A stretch of 64,000 nucleotides of DNA from a virus. Of this stretch, positions 23,077 to 33,534 are shown piece by piece. The stretch is taken from the IMG/VR virus record IMGVR_UViG_3300020156_000022, positions 32,001-96,000 of that record; one strand, 5' to 3'. The notes beneath the pieces were generated by a model. It was not told the DNA's origin and did no database searches. It saw only the letters and a program-made list of their open reading frames with translations. Each line of letters begins with the position of its first letter. Position 1 is the stretch's first letter. The translations under genes and the position numbers were made by a program.

Positions 23077-24192
23077 TTAGTGAGTGTGCCCTAGCAGACG
23101 ACCACAAGGATGATCTGCATTACATACACCAGTCTCAGCAGCTACCGGAATATCGCCACCTACCAGCATCAAACGGTTTACATCCGTCGGAGAAAGGTCA
23201 GCGTTATTAGCAGCTTGAGTTACTGCCTGCATAAGAGAGTACATAGTCAGATTACTCTCGTTGATCATGTTATTGGTGATGGTATTACGAAGATTACCAG
23301 GCAGGCCGTACTCACGGAACATCTCATTCATAGTTTCGCGAGTCATTCCATCAAGATGAATATCAGTCATGGACTGAACACCATCAAGAGCACCTTCTAG
23401 ACCACCTAGAACTTCGTCAACAGCATCGCGAGCCCACTCGAATACAGCATCGTTGCGACCGTTAGCGCCTCGACGAGACCAAATGCTGTTAGCACTGGTT
23501 CGAGTATCGATAGCACCATTAGTGCACCAATAACGGAAAAGATATCCATTGATCTGAGTCTGCTCAAGGCCTGTGAGTGAGTTGACTAGCTGAATACCTG
23601 TTGACCAAGTATCGTTCTCAGTTCCGGTATTCTCGATTACTCGCACATACTCAGGAACAATCAGACGAATGTGGGTCTGCTGAAGAGTATGAGTAAATTT
23701 GTAGTCAGCGAATACCTCACCACTACCGTACTTAGCCTCAATACCGTCCAGAAGAATTTCCAGTAGCCGAAGGTTTGAATATGGCTGAACAGCAGCACGA
23801 GCTACAGCAGCAGCCTTATCACCGCGAACACCAAGAACCTTATATTCACCCTTCTCAAGGCCAGCACGGAAGAAATGGTTAAAGATTTCTTCCGTGATAT
23901 GAGATGGCGCTTTGTAGAGGAAGCCCTTAGGCAGCTTAATTTCCTTCGCAAGGTCGTAAATACCACTCTGAGTTAGCTGTAGTTCCCGGCCACCTACGCT
24001 GATAAAACCGTTAATTTCGTTGTTAGGCTGGAGAGCCTTCAATCCATGGTTATAATCCTCGCCAAGGCGAAATGATACACCTTCGCCAACTTCAAACTCA
24101 TGAATAGCTAGAGGCTCAGTATATGCTAGACGCTCACGAACGTCATCCAGCGAAAGTAGCTTGTCCTTTACGTCATCGATAGTAACTGACAA
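23077..24192 (-). CDS. DUF932-like protein
   Basis: GIQLVNS..G...GYLFRYWCTNGAI motif. Confidence 0.7.
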   Translation of the reverse strand: MSVTIDDVKDKLLSLDDVRERLAYTEPLAIHEFEVGEGVSFRLGEDYNHGLKALQPNNEINGFISVGGRELQLTQSGIYDLAKEIKLPKGFLYKAPSHITEEIFNHFFRAGLEKGEYKVLGVRGDKAAAVARAAVQPYSNLRLLEILLDGIEAKYGSGEVFADYKFTHTLQQTHIRLIVPEYVRVIENTGTENDTWSTGIQLVNSLTGLEQTQINGYLFRYWCTNGAIDTRTSANSIWSRRGANGRNDAVFEWARDAVDEVLGGLEGALDGVQSMTDIHLDGMTRETMNEMFREYGLPGNLRNTITNNMINESNLTMYSLMQAVTQAANNADLSPTDVNRLMLVGGDIPVAAETGVCNADHPCGRLLGHTH

Positions 24193-24245
24193 AATCGGCT
24201 CCTTAGTATATGAAATAGAGGGGCATCGGTTGCCCGTACCCCTCT

Positions 24246-24274
24246 ATCCTAGCAGAATCAGCTACCCTCGTCAA
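24246..24274 (-). promoter_or_regulatory. sigma70/HrdB-type promoter
   Basis: TTGACG-N17-TAGGAT. Confidence 0.65.
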
Positions 24275-24524
24275 CAGGTTCTTGTGGAGCTGGATTCTTC
24301 TGCTCATACCACCAGGCTACAAAGTCATTAGCTCGCTTTGTAGCATTGCCAACAGCCCAGCCTTCCTCACGGACCAACATGTAAAAAGATCTAAACAATG
24401 TTTCATCTGTTGGAGCTACAAAGTCTATGAATTGATCTACTAGCTTACAAGAATTAGCATGAGATAGTCCTAATTCTCTAAGATGCTCATACAACTTCAA
24501 ATCAAAAAAGTCATTAGCTTGCAT
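24258..24524 (-). CDS. hypothetical protein
   Basis: 88 aa ORF after recA. Confidence 0.6.
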   Translation of the reverse strand: MQANDFFDLKLYEHLRELGLSHANSCKLVDQFIDFVAPTDETLFRSFYMLVREEGWAVGNATKRANDFVAWWYEQKNPAPQEPVDEGS

Positions 24525-24529
24525 AAACT

Positions 24530-25621
24530 TTACTCCTCATCAATAAGTGATCCAACCTTCTTACTTTCTCGGTCCCGTTGCAACAGCAATTCTGCTTCAG
24601 AGATAAGCTGCATTCGCCACGTAGGATCACTAGCGGCCTTAGAATTAAATTGAGCTGTACCGTTAAGGCTGTCCCCACCAAGGGTATCATCTAGCTTAAT
24701 CCAAGCTCCTGAAGATTTAATCAACCCATTATGCTCAAGGATCTTACGAGCTGACCATAGATTATCAAAGCCTAGACCATAACGAACTAAAGCTTTACCT
24801 TCACGCATAGGAATGCCAATTTTATTTTTGGTGCACACCATCTTGACTTCAGTAGCTATTGCTACTTCCACAAGTTCACCGTAGATGTTTTCTACCTTAC
24901 CCTTTTCCTTAGTAGTGCTGATAAATTCTACCATCACACTAGAATAGTAGGTAAGCTTCTCGCCACCAGGACGAGTCTTCTGCGCACCACCGAAAGTAGG
25001 CATCCCACCAATCGCCAAATGCACGTGATTGATAAAAATAGCGGCAGTTTCAGTTTTAAACAGAATAGAATTCAGCATTCCAAGAAACGGAGACATAACT
25101 CTAGCTAGCGGTGCTACAGCAGCCTTACCTACTTCATCTTGAAATACCTGTGAAGGAATCATAGCAGGAACAGAATCCCAGATAGCTAAAAGAATTTCGC
25201 CAGACTCAATAAGTTCTTTAGCCATATTAGCTCCGGTCTCAAAATCTTCGGGACGGAGCATAATTACTGTAGAAGTATCATGAATATTTAAGCCTAAACT
25301 CTCAGCATAATCTGCATCAAGTGCACACTCATAATCCATATATAAGATAAACTTATTAAGACCTTCTTCACGAATTCTCTTCTGGGCTAATGCTGCTGTT
25401 TGTAGTGCAGCGGTAGTCTTACCACTCTGAGACTTTCCGTAGAACTGAGTAATCCTACCTAAAGCAACGCCGCCACCCATAATATCGTTTAGTGCCATGT
25501 TACCGGTATCCAAGAATTTCACATCACTATGAAACCCAAGTGAAAACTTATCTGCATATTTTTTATTCGCAGATGCTAAAATATCTGCTACGTTTGCTTT
25601 TGCTTTGTCTTTAGGGGGCAT
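24530..25621 (-). CDS. recA: RecA-like recombinase
   Basis: GRITQFYGKSQSGKTT, WDSV, IFINH, PGGEKLTYYSSV, KNKIG. Confidence 0.9.
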   Translation of the reverse strand: MPPKDKAKANVADILASANKKYADKFSLGFHSDVKFLDTGNMALNDIMGGGVALGRITQFYGKSQSGKTTAALQTAALAQKRIREEGLNKFILYMDYECALDADYAESLGLNIHDTSTVIMLRPEDFETGANMAKELIESGEILLAIWDSVPAMIPSQVFQDEVGKAAVAPLARVMSPFLGMLNSILFKTETAAIFINHVHLAIGGMPTFGGAQKTRPGGEKLTYYSSVMVEFISTTKEKGKVENIYGELVEVAIATEVKMVCTKNKIGIPMREGKALVRYGLGFDNLWSARKILEHNGLIKSSGAWIKLDDTLGGDSLNGTAQFNSKAASDPTWRMQLISEAELLLQRDRESKKVGSLIDEE

Positions 25622-25799
25622 TAGATATATTTCTCCCTAAGCATCTAATAATTCATTAATTAGTTTTTCCAGCTTTAACTTATCTTCAGGACTCAACTTG
25701 TCGATTCTTTCGCGGCCCTTATCTAGGGAATCCTGGATAGCCCTGTGTATACAATGATGAATTATGTGTCCATCACTTACACAGCAATAAGGGTTTTCT

Positions 25800-26255
25800 T
25801 TAGTTCCCACGAATCTCCCTTAATAAACCTTGAGCTGGTGGATTTTGTAAGTAGTTTATATAGCGCTGTAATCTGTCAATAGCATGCCCAGAAGAATCTC
25901 CTACTTGCCCAATAAGTGAATTACATGGACCACAAATAAGACCTCTAATGCATTTTCCACAGATAGGGGGTGCCGGGCAGCAACTATGATCATGGTCAAC
26001 AGACAGTCTTTTACTCAATCCTCTATTACCTGTCCACTCACCACAAGTATAGCACATGCCACCTTGAGCTGCATAAAGAGCATCGTATTCACCATCAGAA
26101 AGGTTATACATCTTCTGCATTCTTCCAGAATGGTTTTTAGCCTTTAGTTCTTTCTTTCTTAATCTATAACAAGTAGTACAACGAGGGCCAGGATAAGGCA
26201 ATTTCCTAGTCGTAGATCCACAATCTTTACATGATCTCTTTTTAGGTTCTGCCAT
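25800..26255 (-). CDS. recombination endonuclease VII family
   Basis: QGGMCYTC..LSVDHDH..RGLICGPCN. Confidence 0.85.
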   Translation of the reverse strand: MAEPKKRSCKDCGSTTRKLPYPGPRCTTCYRLRKKELKAKNHSGRMQKMYNLSDGEYDALYAAQGGMCYTCGEWTGNRGLSKRLSVDHDHSCCPAPPICGKCIRGLICGPCNSLIGQVGDSSGHAIDRLQRYINYLQNPPAQGLLREIRGN

Positions 26256-26310
26256 ATTTATCCTGACCCTCATTAACTATACGATATTTACTTGTCTAGT
26301 ATAGCAGCTA

Positions 26311-27198
26311 TCAGTCTTCAATGCCATTAAGAAGGTCATCAAAACTGACAGCTTCTGCGCGCTTATTAGAATTCTTCTCAGCATCAGCCATTGGCTTAGC
26401 CCAAGGGTCTTCCTTATCCAGAAGCCCATTAAGTCCTGCATCGAGATTGCGCTCAGCACCAACAAGACCATCAGAAGAACTTTCACCTGACAGGCCCTTA
26501 GCCTGTGCCCACTTACGCTTTACTTCATCAACCTTATCTTCGATGAAGTCCTTACCCATCTTGCGGCCGATGTAGCGGTAAATATCCTTGGACCTATTTG
26601 AAGCTACATTCTCTTCAAAACGCTGACGGGTAGATTCATTGGCCTGCCAACCAGTCTTCTGACCAGCAATGATTTTAAACTTCTGGTATCCAGCATTCTC
26701 ACATGGACCAAGAATCAGATCTACGTCCTGAGGAGCCTTTTCAGCTTCCTCGTAAATATCAATCAGCTCGCCGAACTTCTGATCGGCAAAAGCCCAAACC
26801 TTTACAGTTCCCTCACCATTAGCAGGAGCCTTGTTAGTTCCGTTGGTCTGGTACTGGTAAACGTGAGTAGCGTACTTACGCTTTGGCTTGGCGAACATGT
26901 CAGGAGCATCCTGAGCAGCCTTGCAAGCAGGGCAGTTCTTAGCGTCTAGGCCACGCTCCTTGATGATATTCTCATCACCAATACAGATTGGATTACCTAG
27001 GAACTCAAAGTCCATCTCTTCGCCTTTGTACTGGACTTCACCGTTAATCATCTTCGGTGCACGAAGATTGTGCACATAAGCTGACTCAGGCTCTTCCAGG
27101 ACAACAATACGGGCGGATTCCTTATTCTCAAGCCTTAGCTTGGGAAAGTTTTCTACTTCTGCGGCACGGTTATTGGAAGTAAAGGACATCTTAGCCAT
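26311..27198 (-). CDS. putative single-stranded DNA-binding protein (gp32-like)
   Basis: H..C..CPAC Zn site, VKVW, acidic C terminus FDDLLNGIED; located between pol and recA. Confidence 0.55.
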   Translation of the reverse strand: MAKMSFTSNNRAAEVENFPKLRLENKESARIVVLEEPESAYVHNLRAPKMINGEVQYKGEEMDFEFLGNPICIGDENIIKERGLDAKNCPACKAAQDAPDMFAKPKRKYATHVYQYQTNGTNKAPANGEGTVKVWAFADQKFGELIDIYEEAEKAPQDVDLILGPCENAGYQKFKIIAGQKTGWQANESTRQRFEENVASNRSKDIYRYIGRKMGKDFIEDKVDEVKRKWAQAKGLSGESSSDGLVGAERNLDAGLNGLLDKEDPWAKPMADAEKNSNKRAEAVSFDDLLNGIED

Positions 27199-27276
27199 TA
27201 ATTATCTCTTTTCTCTTTTAACTGAGCGAACACTTCTGGAACGCTATGTCTATTCTACCATGATCCGTACCTTGGA

Positions 27277-27768
27277 TCAAGCTTGGTAGTAGCTTGTTTG
27301 TTGCAGGTCTAAACGCTTTCTAAGGTCTTGGCGAATCTTATCCAGACCATAGTAATGAAGCCTGATAATATCAACAGCCTCATTAGCAAAACTCAATAAT
27401 TCTTCTGCTTGATTTAATTGTCTAGCCTCTTCAAAAGCAGCTAGATTAGCATCTGCGGCACGTTCTTTTCCTGTGCTGTAATCACCAAAGCTAGGACGTT
27501 TTCCAGCATTAACAATAGCTTTATCCCATACTTCCTGCCACTGCATTCTGAAAAGTGATACTCGCCTATCAGCAGCAGACTTAGCACGCATTGAACGAGA
27601 CAAATAATTTTCTATACTGGTGAGAACTTCCTGTACAGCTACTAGGGCTGAATGAATCTCTACAACATCAGCAGAGAAATCAGGATTTTGAAATTCAAAT
27701 CTTGCTTGAATAACAGCTTCAATATATTTTGTCAGCTCAGTCTGTAGTTCTTGGCTCAATAGGATCAA
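27277..27768 (-). CDS. helical protein, possibly a UvsY-like recombination mediator
   Basis: All-helical, size and position near recA/SSB; function is inference only. Confidence 0.4.
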   Translation of the reverse strand: MILLSQELQTELTKYIEAVIQARFEFQNPDFSADVVEIHSALVAVQEVLTSIENYLSRSMRAKSAADRRVSLFRMQWQEVWDKAIVNAGKRPSFGDYSTGKERAADANLAAFEEARQLNQAEELLSFANEAVDIIRLHYYGLDKIRQDLRKRLDLQQTSYYQA

Positions 27769-28321
27769 TTCCTTTCATGAACAAAAGCAGTCGAACATCT
27801 TCTTCAAGCTGAGCGATTGAACTATTGTTATTGAGTATGTAGTCAACTTTATCTCTAATTGCTACAGATTCTGATGCATGTCCGTCCGAAGTCACCTCGG
27901 GCCGATCAATCCAGCAGATAGATCCATGCTTTTCATGAACAAATTCGACTTCGTTTTCAAACCGACAATCAGTGATAACGTAACGAGTGTCATCCCAACT
28001 CAGCCCTGGAAATTGCTTATTGAGAATTTCAATCCAGACATCTTCGTGAAAGAAGTTTCGCCCCGCTTCAGTACCAATAACCTGAAGCAGCTTACGAACC
28101 TCGGAAATATTTCTCTTAGCCCAATCCCAGCCTGCATCAGCAATCAACTCTGAGAGCCGGATCATTCCATAATAGTGCGTAGGAATCCAAGGATCAATAA
28201 TAAGTGCTAGTTCTCGTACAGCATCTGCAAAGGCTACTTTAGTAAATCCATACTCTGAAATAAGAACCTTTGCAGCAGTATCTTTACCCGATCCCTTGAG
28301 CCCAGAAAATGCAATTAGCAT
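27737..28321 (-). CDS. deoxynucleoside monophosphate kinase
   Basis: SGLKGSGKDT, AFAD, R..LQVIGTE, ITDCRFENE, HASE. Confidence 0.9.
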   Translation of the reverse strand: MLIAFSGLKGSGKDTAAKVLISEYGFTKVAFADAVRELALIIDPWIPTHYYGMIRLSELIADAGWDWAKRNISEVRKLLQVIGTEAGRNFFHEDVWIEILNKQFPGLSWDDTRYVITDCRFENEVEFVHEKHGSICWIDRPEVTSDGHASESVAIRDKVDYILNNNSSIAQLEEDVRLLLFMKGIDPIEPRTTD

Positions 28322-28611
28322 CAGACCTCGCTATTAAAGTTGTCTTTGATTTTATTCAAAATCTTGTTGGCTCTGCCTCGTGCATCTTCAAAAGATATGT
28401 CGCCGACTGCACCTAATTGAGTCATCTTGGCAACTACAAGAAATTCAGCTTCGGCCTCTAGTAGCTGAAAAGCGTCTCTGACAGAAAGAACATGACCAGC
28501 TATATCGTTAGCAATCAGAATTCGCTGGATATCGCTTTCATCAAGCTCTACATCAAATTTAACCCACTTGCCGGATGCTGTTTCGGCTGAGCCACCTCTA
28601 ACTATTCTCAA
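28321..28611 (-). CDS. hypothetical protein
   Basis: Translationally coupled ORF. Confidence 0.6.
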   Translation of the reverse strand: MRIVRGGSAETASGKWVKFDVELDESDIQRILIANDIAGHVLSVRDAFQLLEAEAEFLVVAKMTQLGAVGDISFEDARGRANKILNKIKDNFNSEV

Positions 28612-28871
28612 TCTTCATCCTCCTCCATAAGCAGCTCCTCATCTAAAAATTCAATGAACAGCCGTCCCGTATAGTCTATGATCTTGCACCAACCTGTGTC
28701 AAGGTTGATTTTCCAGTCGGGGAAGTCCACAGCACACCCACACGACAAATAAATAGTCTGTCCAGCTTGGTAAGCTGCACTATTAGTGAGCGTATAAGTA
28801 ATGGATTGTGTCCAATTGTGGACTCTCCCGCCACAGCTATGACACTTAACTGAAAAGTCCTCAGTATCCAT
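28608..28871 (-). CDS. hypothetical Zn-binding protein
   Basis: CxxC..CGC; TAGACT lies 6 nt before the ATG. Confidence 0.55.
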   Translation of the reverse strand: MDTEDFSVKCHSCGGRVHNWTQSITYTLTNSAAYQAGQTIYLSCGCAVDFPDWKINLDTGWCKIIDYTGRLFIEFLDEELLMEEDED

Positions 28872-28895
28872 GCCACAAGTCTAGCAAGATCTCAG

Positions 28896-31484
28896 CTAGA
28901 ACGCAATATCTGCCGTCAGCCTTTGGAATTGCTCAGGAGTCATGCCAGAAAATTCATACTGCACTATGGCCCCTCCTAAAGCCATAGAAATTATGTTTCT
29001 ATGCTTCTCAGCATCTAGCTTAGTATCAGTCTGTGGCATCAACAATTCCCCCTCCGGAGTCTGGAGAAGAACATTCCTGGAGCCGCCTGAGAGCTTGTCT
29101 AGCAATTTATTGAAATTAACCCACTGTTCTTCTGTAGGCATGTGATCAATAATTACAACAACTCTTTCAGCTTGCTGCTTAGGACCGCAACCCTCAGGGT
29201 CTTCTAGATAAGCTTTTTCTTTTAGCTTCTTATCAATTTCTGCTGTAGAAGTGAACTTCTCTGCCTCAGATCCAAGTGTAGGTAAGTATATATTCCTAGG
29301 AGTATGGGCTACAGTCTCATCTACTTCTTCAGGAGTTGGAGGTTCCATTACAGTACCTTCAGAGATTCTGTTTGCTGGTTCATCTTCAAGTGTAGGTAAG
29401 TATATATCTCCTGGAGTAAGTACAGGACCATCTTCTACTTGGATAGCTCCATCTTCAAGAAGCTTAATCTCCTTAACTGATCCCCAACGCTTTCCTACAT
29501 GCCAATCAGCTTTCATCATAGGCCACCCCGGTACTGGAAAGATTACCGCAGGTTGAAGAACACGAATAACGTCAGCTGGATTAAGGCTGCGATGCACATA
29601 AAACTCCAGTGCATCGTGGACATTCATGAACAGCCTTACTTTATCTTTCCAACCCATTTTACGAATAGCCTTACGAGCACGAACCATTCCAATTCTGACG
29701 TAATCACCAGTAGCTCCACCTTGTACAGGATAGTTGAAGCAAGCTCTTTCTCCGCCTTCACGAATCCAACGGCGAGAATCGGTAAGTTCCCAAATAGGAA
29801 TCATACGACCAAATTTGGTAACTACATGTCCGTGCTGATAGCCGAATTCAACCTGCTTTTCGGTAAATCGCTTAAGCTTAGGAAAAGCAGCAAAATATTG
29901 ATTGAACAGATCTTCTGCCTCTTCTCTGGAGACATTAAGTCTTTTACCCAAAGCAATAGGAGTCATACCGAACAAAAGGCCGAAACCAATAGTCTTAGCC
30001 TTGGATCGATATTCTTTTGTTACTTGATCTTTAGATAGCTTGAACATCATCATAGCTACCTTGGTGTGAACATCCTCATCGTTTTCGAATGCTTCGATGA
30101 GTGCTGTCTCATTTGCCAATCCTGCGGCTGCTCGATATTCAGCCTGAGACAGGTCAAATCCTAGAATATAGTAATCATCAGGTGCGATTACCGCGTCACG
30201 GAAATTCAATTTATAGCTGGTGCCGTCTGCCAACTTGTAGTAATAACTCAGCGGAGTCTTACCATCATCATCTTTCAGGTTTACTGATGGCTGATTTTGC
30301 TGGTTAGGATTAGCGGAACTGAATCGAGCAGTGCGCACATAACTTTGGTTCAATGAAGGATGCACCATACCATCCGGAGCATATCCGTAATCCTTGGCAT
30401 ATTTATCCAAGAAAGATGTAGTCAGTCGCTTCATGTTCTTATAGTTGGAAATCTTCTTAACTACAGGATTCTTTTCTGCCAAAATATCCAGAGCCATCTT
30501 CCCAGTAGACATTTTTTTGTCTTCCTTGGCGGCACCCTTAGTACTTGTGGTATAGACATTTACCGTCAGACCCAGACGCTCGAACAGGATCTCAGATAGC
30601 TGTTTAGGGCTCCCCAGATTAATGTTGAGCTTAGTTCCTGGCATGCCTAGTAGTTCGGCTAGCTCAGACTGAATTTCGTCATTTAATTTGGCTGTAAACT
30701 CCTTGGCTCGATCAGACGCCTCCTGCATGAAAAACCAGTCATAGCGGATGCCGCAGTCCTCCATATCACAAATGACATAGACAACTTCCATATCCACTTT
30801 ATAAACTAGTTGATCTTTCACTTTAGGGTACTGATCAAGATGTAAAGCTAAACACCATAGGGCGTCTTCACATGCATACGTTACTACCTTTGAACTGAGA
30901 TCTAGTACATTAAATCGAAAAGCCTTTTTCTTCTTCTCAGTAAGGTGCTCGAACAGTTCTTCGAACTTAATCATCTTGTGTCCGAATTTGTTCAGTACCA
31001 GATCCTTTAGACCAAAATCCTGAAACTCTCGGGTGATATAAGCTTCTACCTGAGTATCTGACCTGGCAGGAAAATACCCGCTAGATTCTCGAACGTCTTT
31101 TCCAAAAATAGGATGATCTGATAATATCTCACGAAAAAACCGTGCCATGCGTCTAAGTTCGAAACCTAAATTGTGCGCAACGATCAATCCTGATTGGAAT
31201 GACTTCCAGAGAATTTCTGCGATAGCTAGATGATCAGTAAGATTTTCAGCAAAGTCATGAGCCATAGGAACATACCTTGCCCAATTAAGAGAATTGGTAA
31301 AACTGAAACCTACTAACAGATTTGTTTCTAGCTTTAGTGATCCTCGATCATCATCTTCTCCATGATACCCTGTTTCAATATCAAAGCCGATAGGCAGACC
31401 CTTATCGATCATGCCTGCCCAGAATTTTTCTAATTCCTCTACAGATCTTACAATGTCGTAGTTTTTAGTTACTACAGTTGACAT
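28896..31484 (-). CDS. family A DNA polymerase with 3'-5' exonuclease and a C-terminal extension
   Basis: FDIET exo I, YACEDA, RFSSANPNQQN, motif A DLSQAEYR, motif B RSKAKTIGFGLLFG, motif C NVHDAL. Confidence 0.95.
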   Translation of the reverse strand: MSTVVTKNYDIVRSVEELEKFWAGMIDKGLPIGFDIETGYHGEDDDRGSLKLETNLLVGFSFTNSLNWARYVPMAHDFAENLTDHLAIAEILWKSFQSGLIVAHNLGFELRRMARFFREILSDHPIFGKDVRESSGYFPARSDTQVEAYITREFQDFGLKDLVLNKFGHKMIKFEELFEHLTEKKKKAFRFNVLDLSSKVVTYACEDALWCLALHLDQYPKVKDQLVYKVDMEVVYVICDMEDCGIRYDWFFMQEASDRAKEFTAKLNDEIQSELAELLGMPGTKLNINLGSPKQLSEILFERLGLTVNVYTTSTKGAAKEDKKMSTGKMALDILAEKNPVVKKISNYKNMKRLTTSFLDKYAKDYGYAPDGMVHPSLNQSYVRTARFSSANPNQQNQPSVNLKDDDGKTPLSYYYKLADGTSYKLNFRDAVIAPDDYYILGFDLSQAEYRAAAGLANETALIEAFENDEDVHTKVAMMMFKLSKDQVTKEYRSKAKTIGFGLLFGMTPIALGKRLNVSREEAEDLFNQYFAAFPKLKRFTEKQVEFGYQHGHVVTKFGRMIPIWELTDSRRWIREGGERACFNYPVQGGATGDYVRIGMVRARKAIRKMGWKDKVRLFMNVHDALEFYVHRSLNPADVIRVLQPAVIFPVPGWPMMKADWHVGKRWGSVKEIKLLEDGAIQVEDGPVLTPGDIYLPTLEDEPANRISEGTVMEPPTPEEVDETVAHTPRNIYLPTLGSEAEKFTSTAEIDKKLKEKAYLEDPEGCGPKQQAERVVVIIDHMPTEEQWVNFNKLLDKLSGGSRNVLLQTPEGELLMPQTDTKLDAEKHRNIISMALGGAIVQYEFSGMTPEQFQRLTADIAF

Positions 31485-31514
31485 ATATTCTCCTAGTGTT
31501 GATTACAGGGAACA

Positions 31515-31943
31515 CTATATCCCATATGATTTTTCATCTTCTTTAGATTTTTTCGTATGGCAAGTACTACAAAGCATCTGTAAATTATCTGGGTGGTGCT
31601 TGCAACTAAAACGAGACTTATCTCCGCGACGAGGAATAATATGATCGCAGGTCATCTCGTCTCCACGTAGTCTTACTATGTTCTCACACAGGCCACAGTC
31701 AGCGCAATGGCTATGGCGAGGTTCACCATGACTACGTATACAGTTACATTTGCGCCTAGATAACTTAACAGCTAACTGTCTAGCTAAAAAATAACGGTGG
31801 TGCAGACGCCATGCCTCAAGACATGATCCACTGCACCACCTTTTTTGTTCAGGTTTAAGCTGTCCAGAACACCAGCGACAATCACTATCCTTGCCAGACC
31901 AGCTAGATAGCGTACAATGAAGAGGATTTACTGTCATAGGCAA
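31515..31943 (-). CDS. HNH endonuclease
   Basis: CDHIIP..NLQMLCSTCH. Confidence 0.8.
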   Translation of the reverse strand: MPMTVNPLHCTLSSWSGKDSDCRWCSGQLKPEQKRWCSGSCLEAWRLHHRYFLARQLAVKLSRRKCNCIRSHGEPRHSHCADCGLCENIVRLRGDEMTCDHIIPRRGDKSRFSCKHHPDNLQMLCSTCHTKKSKEDEKSYGI

Positions 31944-32378
31944 TCACAATAGAGCGAAAAGCCCAGCCGAAACCCACAAGGCTAATTTGTGTAATGATTG
32001 ATCTGACTGATACATCCCACAAACAGGAGTTTGCATTTCAGCAAAATTAGCTGAGCCTGTTTTTTGTAGAAGCCATCTTACTGGCCAGCGTCTATCAATA
32101 AACCCATGAGTAATGGCTGAAAAAAGTATAGCAGCAATAAAACCTAGGAAAGTAATTGGTAGATTGAATACTGCAACCACAATAATCAACATTACTACCA
32201 TTACAGCATGATAAGCTAGCACATGCTGAATTATGTGTGACCAACCAAGCCACCCAGGTTTGGCTTTGTTCGCTGCCATTTTATCAGTCTGTCCTGCAAT
32301 ATGATCAGCAAATTCATGAGCTACGCCAGCAGTCCAAGCAAACATCAATGCTGTAACTGCCGTAGGAATCCATTCCAT
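31944..32378 (-). CDS. DUF3307-like membrane protein
   Basis: HEFADH..Q, H..Y, THGFIDRR, DQSLH. Confidence 0.75.
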   Translation of the reverse strand: MEWIPTAVTALMFAWTAGVAHEFADHIAGQTDKMAANKAKPGWLGWSHIIQHVLAYHAVMVVMLIIVVAVFNLPITFLGFIAAILFSAITHGFIDRRWPVRWLLQKTGSANFAEMQTPVCGMYQSDQSLHKLALWVSAGLFALL

Positions 32379-32575
32379 TACAGGATTCCTGTCTTAGCCA
32401 TTTTCCCCAGCGTCATCCACTTCTTGTGAACAGCAAGAGCCTCTTGAGGAGTTAGCTCGCCCTTGGAGCCGAAATTGTTCTTAGCGTTCCACGCCTTCCA
32501 AATTTCGTCGTAGGACATTTCCCAAGTTGGCTTCTGATCTGACACTATATTTCTCCTTATTCGATTTACTTACTG

Positions 32576-32656
32576 TACCGGTGACGAGAGTCGAACTCGC
32601 ATGCCTTTCGGCCAAGGGGTTTGAATCCTCTATGTATACCATTCCATCACACCGGC
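32576..32656 (-). tRNA. tRNA-Leu(CAA)
   Basis: Long variable arm; loop TTCAAAC. Confidence 0.85.
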
Positions 32657-32765
32657 CTACGTTCCCTAACTTCAGGATGAGACTATGCCCAAACCTGACC
32701 TCCATGTTGATCATATATGCGCAATCAGATCAACCCCTCCCTCAGGAACAACTCTATCTTACCAC

Positions 32766-33158
32766 TCAATCGGTCAATCGTCCAGCGTTGACTTTCTCAA
32801 CGCTGTAGGAGCCTACCTCGTTAGTGTAGACGATCTCCTTGATGCCTGCCTCAACAATAGCCAACATACACCAGACGCAAGGCCGACTCATCATTGTTTC
32901 TCCATGCTTATTGATTCTAGCAATATAGATGGTGCAACCTCGAAGATCCTCACGAACCTTCAGCAATTCTCTCAAGGTTGCACGCTCAGCATGGTCAGAA
33001 ACATTATGCTCATCTACTGCTGGGGCATTACGAAATTTATTAGGAGCAAAACCTAGAACCTTATTACCCTTAGCGACGACAGCGCCATGCTTCCATCGAT
33101 AAGTGCTGCCCTGTGCCACCTTGACAGCACGTCGGATCAGGGTCTCATGTCTCTTCAT
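32766..33158 (-). CDS. zinc-dependent (deoxy)cytidine/nucleotide deaminase-family protein
   Basis: HGAVV..HAE..SRPCVWC. Confidence 0.85.
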   Translation of the reverse strand: MKRHETLIRRAVKVAQGSTYRWKHGAVVAKGNKVLGFAPNKFRNAPAVDEHNVSDHAERATLRELLKVREDLRGCTIYIARINKHGETMMSRPCVWCMLAIVEAGIKEIVYTNEVGSYSVEKVNAGRLTD

Positions 33159-33165
33159 GTTGTGA

Positions 33166-33194
33166 AGCTTACACGGTCAGTGTGTTCGTGTCAA
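33166..33194 (-). promoter_or_regulatory. sigma70/HrdB-type promoter (leaderless deaminase mRNA)
   Basis: TTGACA-N17-TAAGCT; ATG 7 nt later. Confidence 0.7.
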
Positions 33195-33482
33195 CTCTGC
33201 ACGATTACAGTAGGTCAAAAAATTAATGCCTAGATTTTCCATATAAGTCATTGCTACTACAGAATCCCACCAAGCATTATGTACGAAGGCAATGTGCTTA
33301 GCTTCATATTCTGTTAAGAACGATCCCAATTCAAATCGTCCCTCGTAAGGATTAAGTGTAGCTACTGATTGGTCTATATTACTGATAGACCATCCTCCGA
33401 TGGTATCATCAATTACAGCGTACCAACGACAGTACAAAATCTCAACCTCAGTAATAGGCTCTTTCTTAAAATCTCTTGCCAT
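33177..33482 (-). CDS. hypothetical protein
   Basis: 101 aa, AAGGAG RBS. Confidence 0.6.
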   Translation of the reverse strand: MARDFKKEPITEVEILYCRWYAVIDDTIGGWSISNIDQSVATLNPYEGRFELGSFLTEYEAKHIAFVHNAWWDSVVAMTYMENLGINFLTYCNRAELTRTH

Positions 33483-33534
33483 GTAACCTCTCCTTTTTGG
33501 AAATAATGTATTGCTGTTTTAAGTGTTTTTAGGG

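Noticed and set aside
24192-24199. GCCGATTT as a late promoter
   Set aside because: It lies in the spacer between RBS and start codon, and this gene already has a TTGACG promoter.
28896-29450. Intein in the DNA polymerase
   Set aside because: The extra sequence is C-terminal and has no C/S..HN splice motifs or endonuclease motifs.
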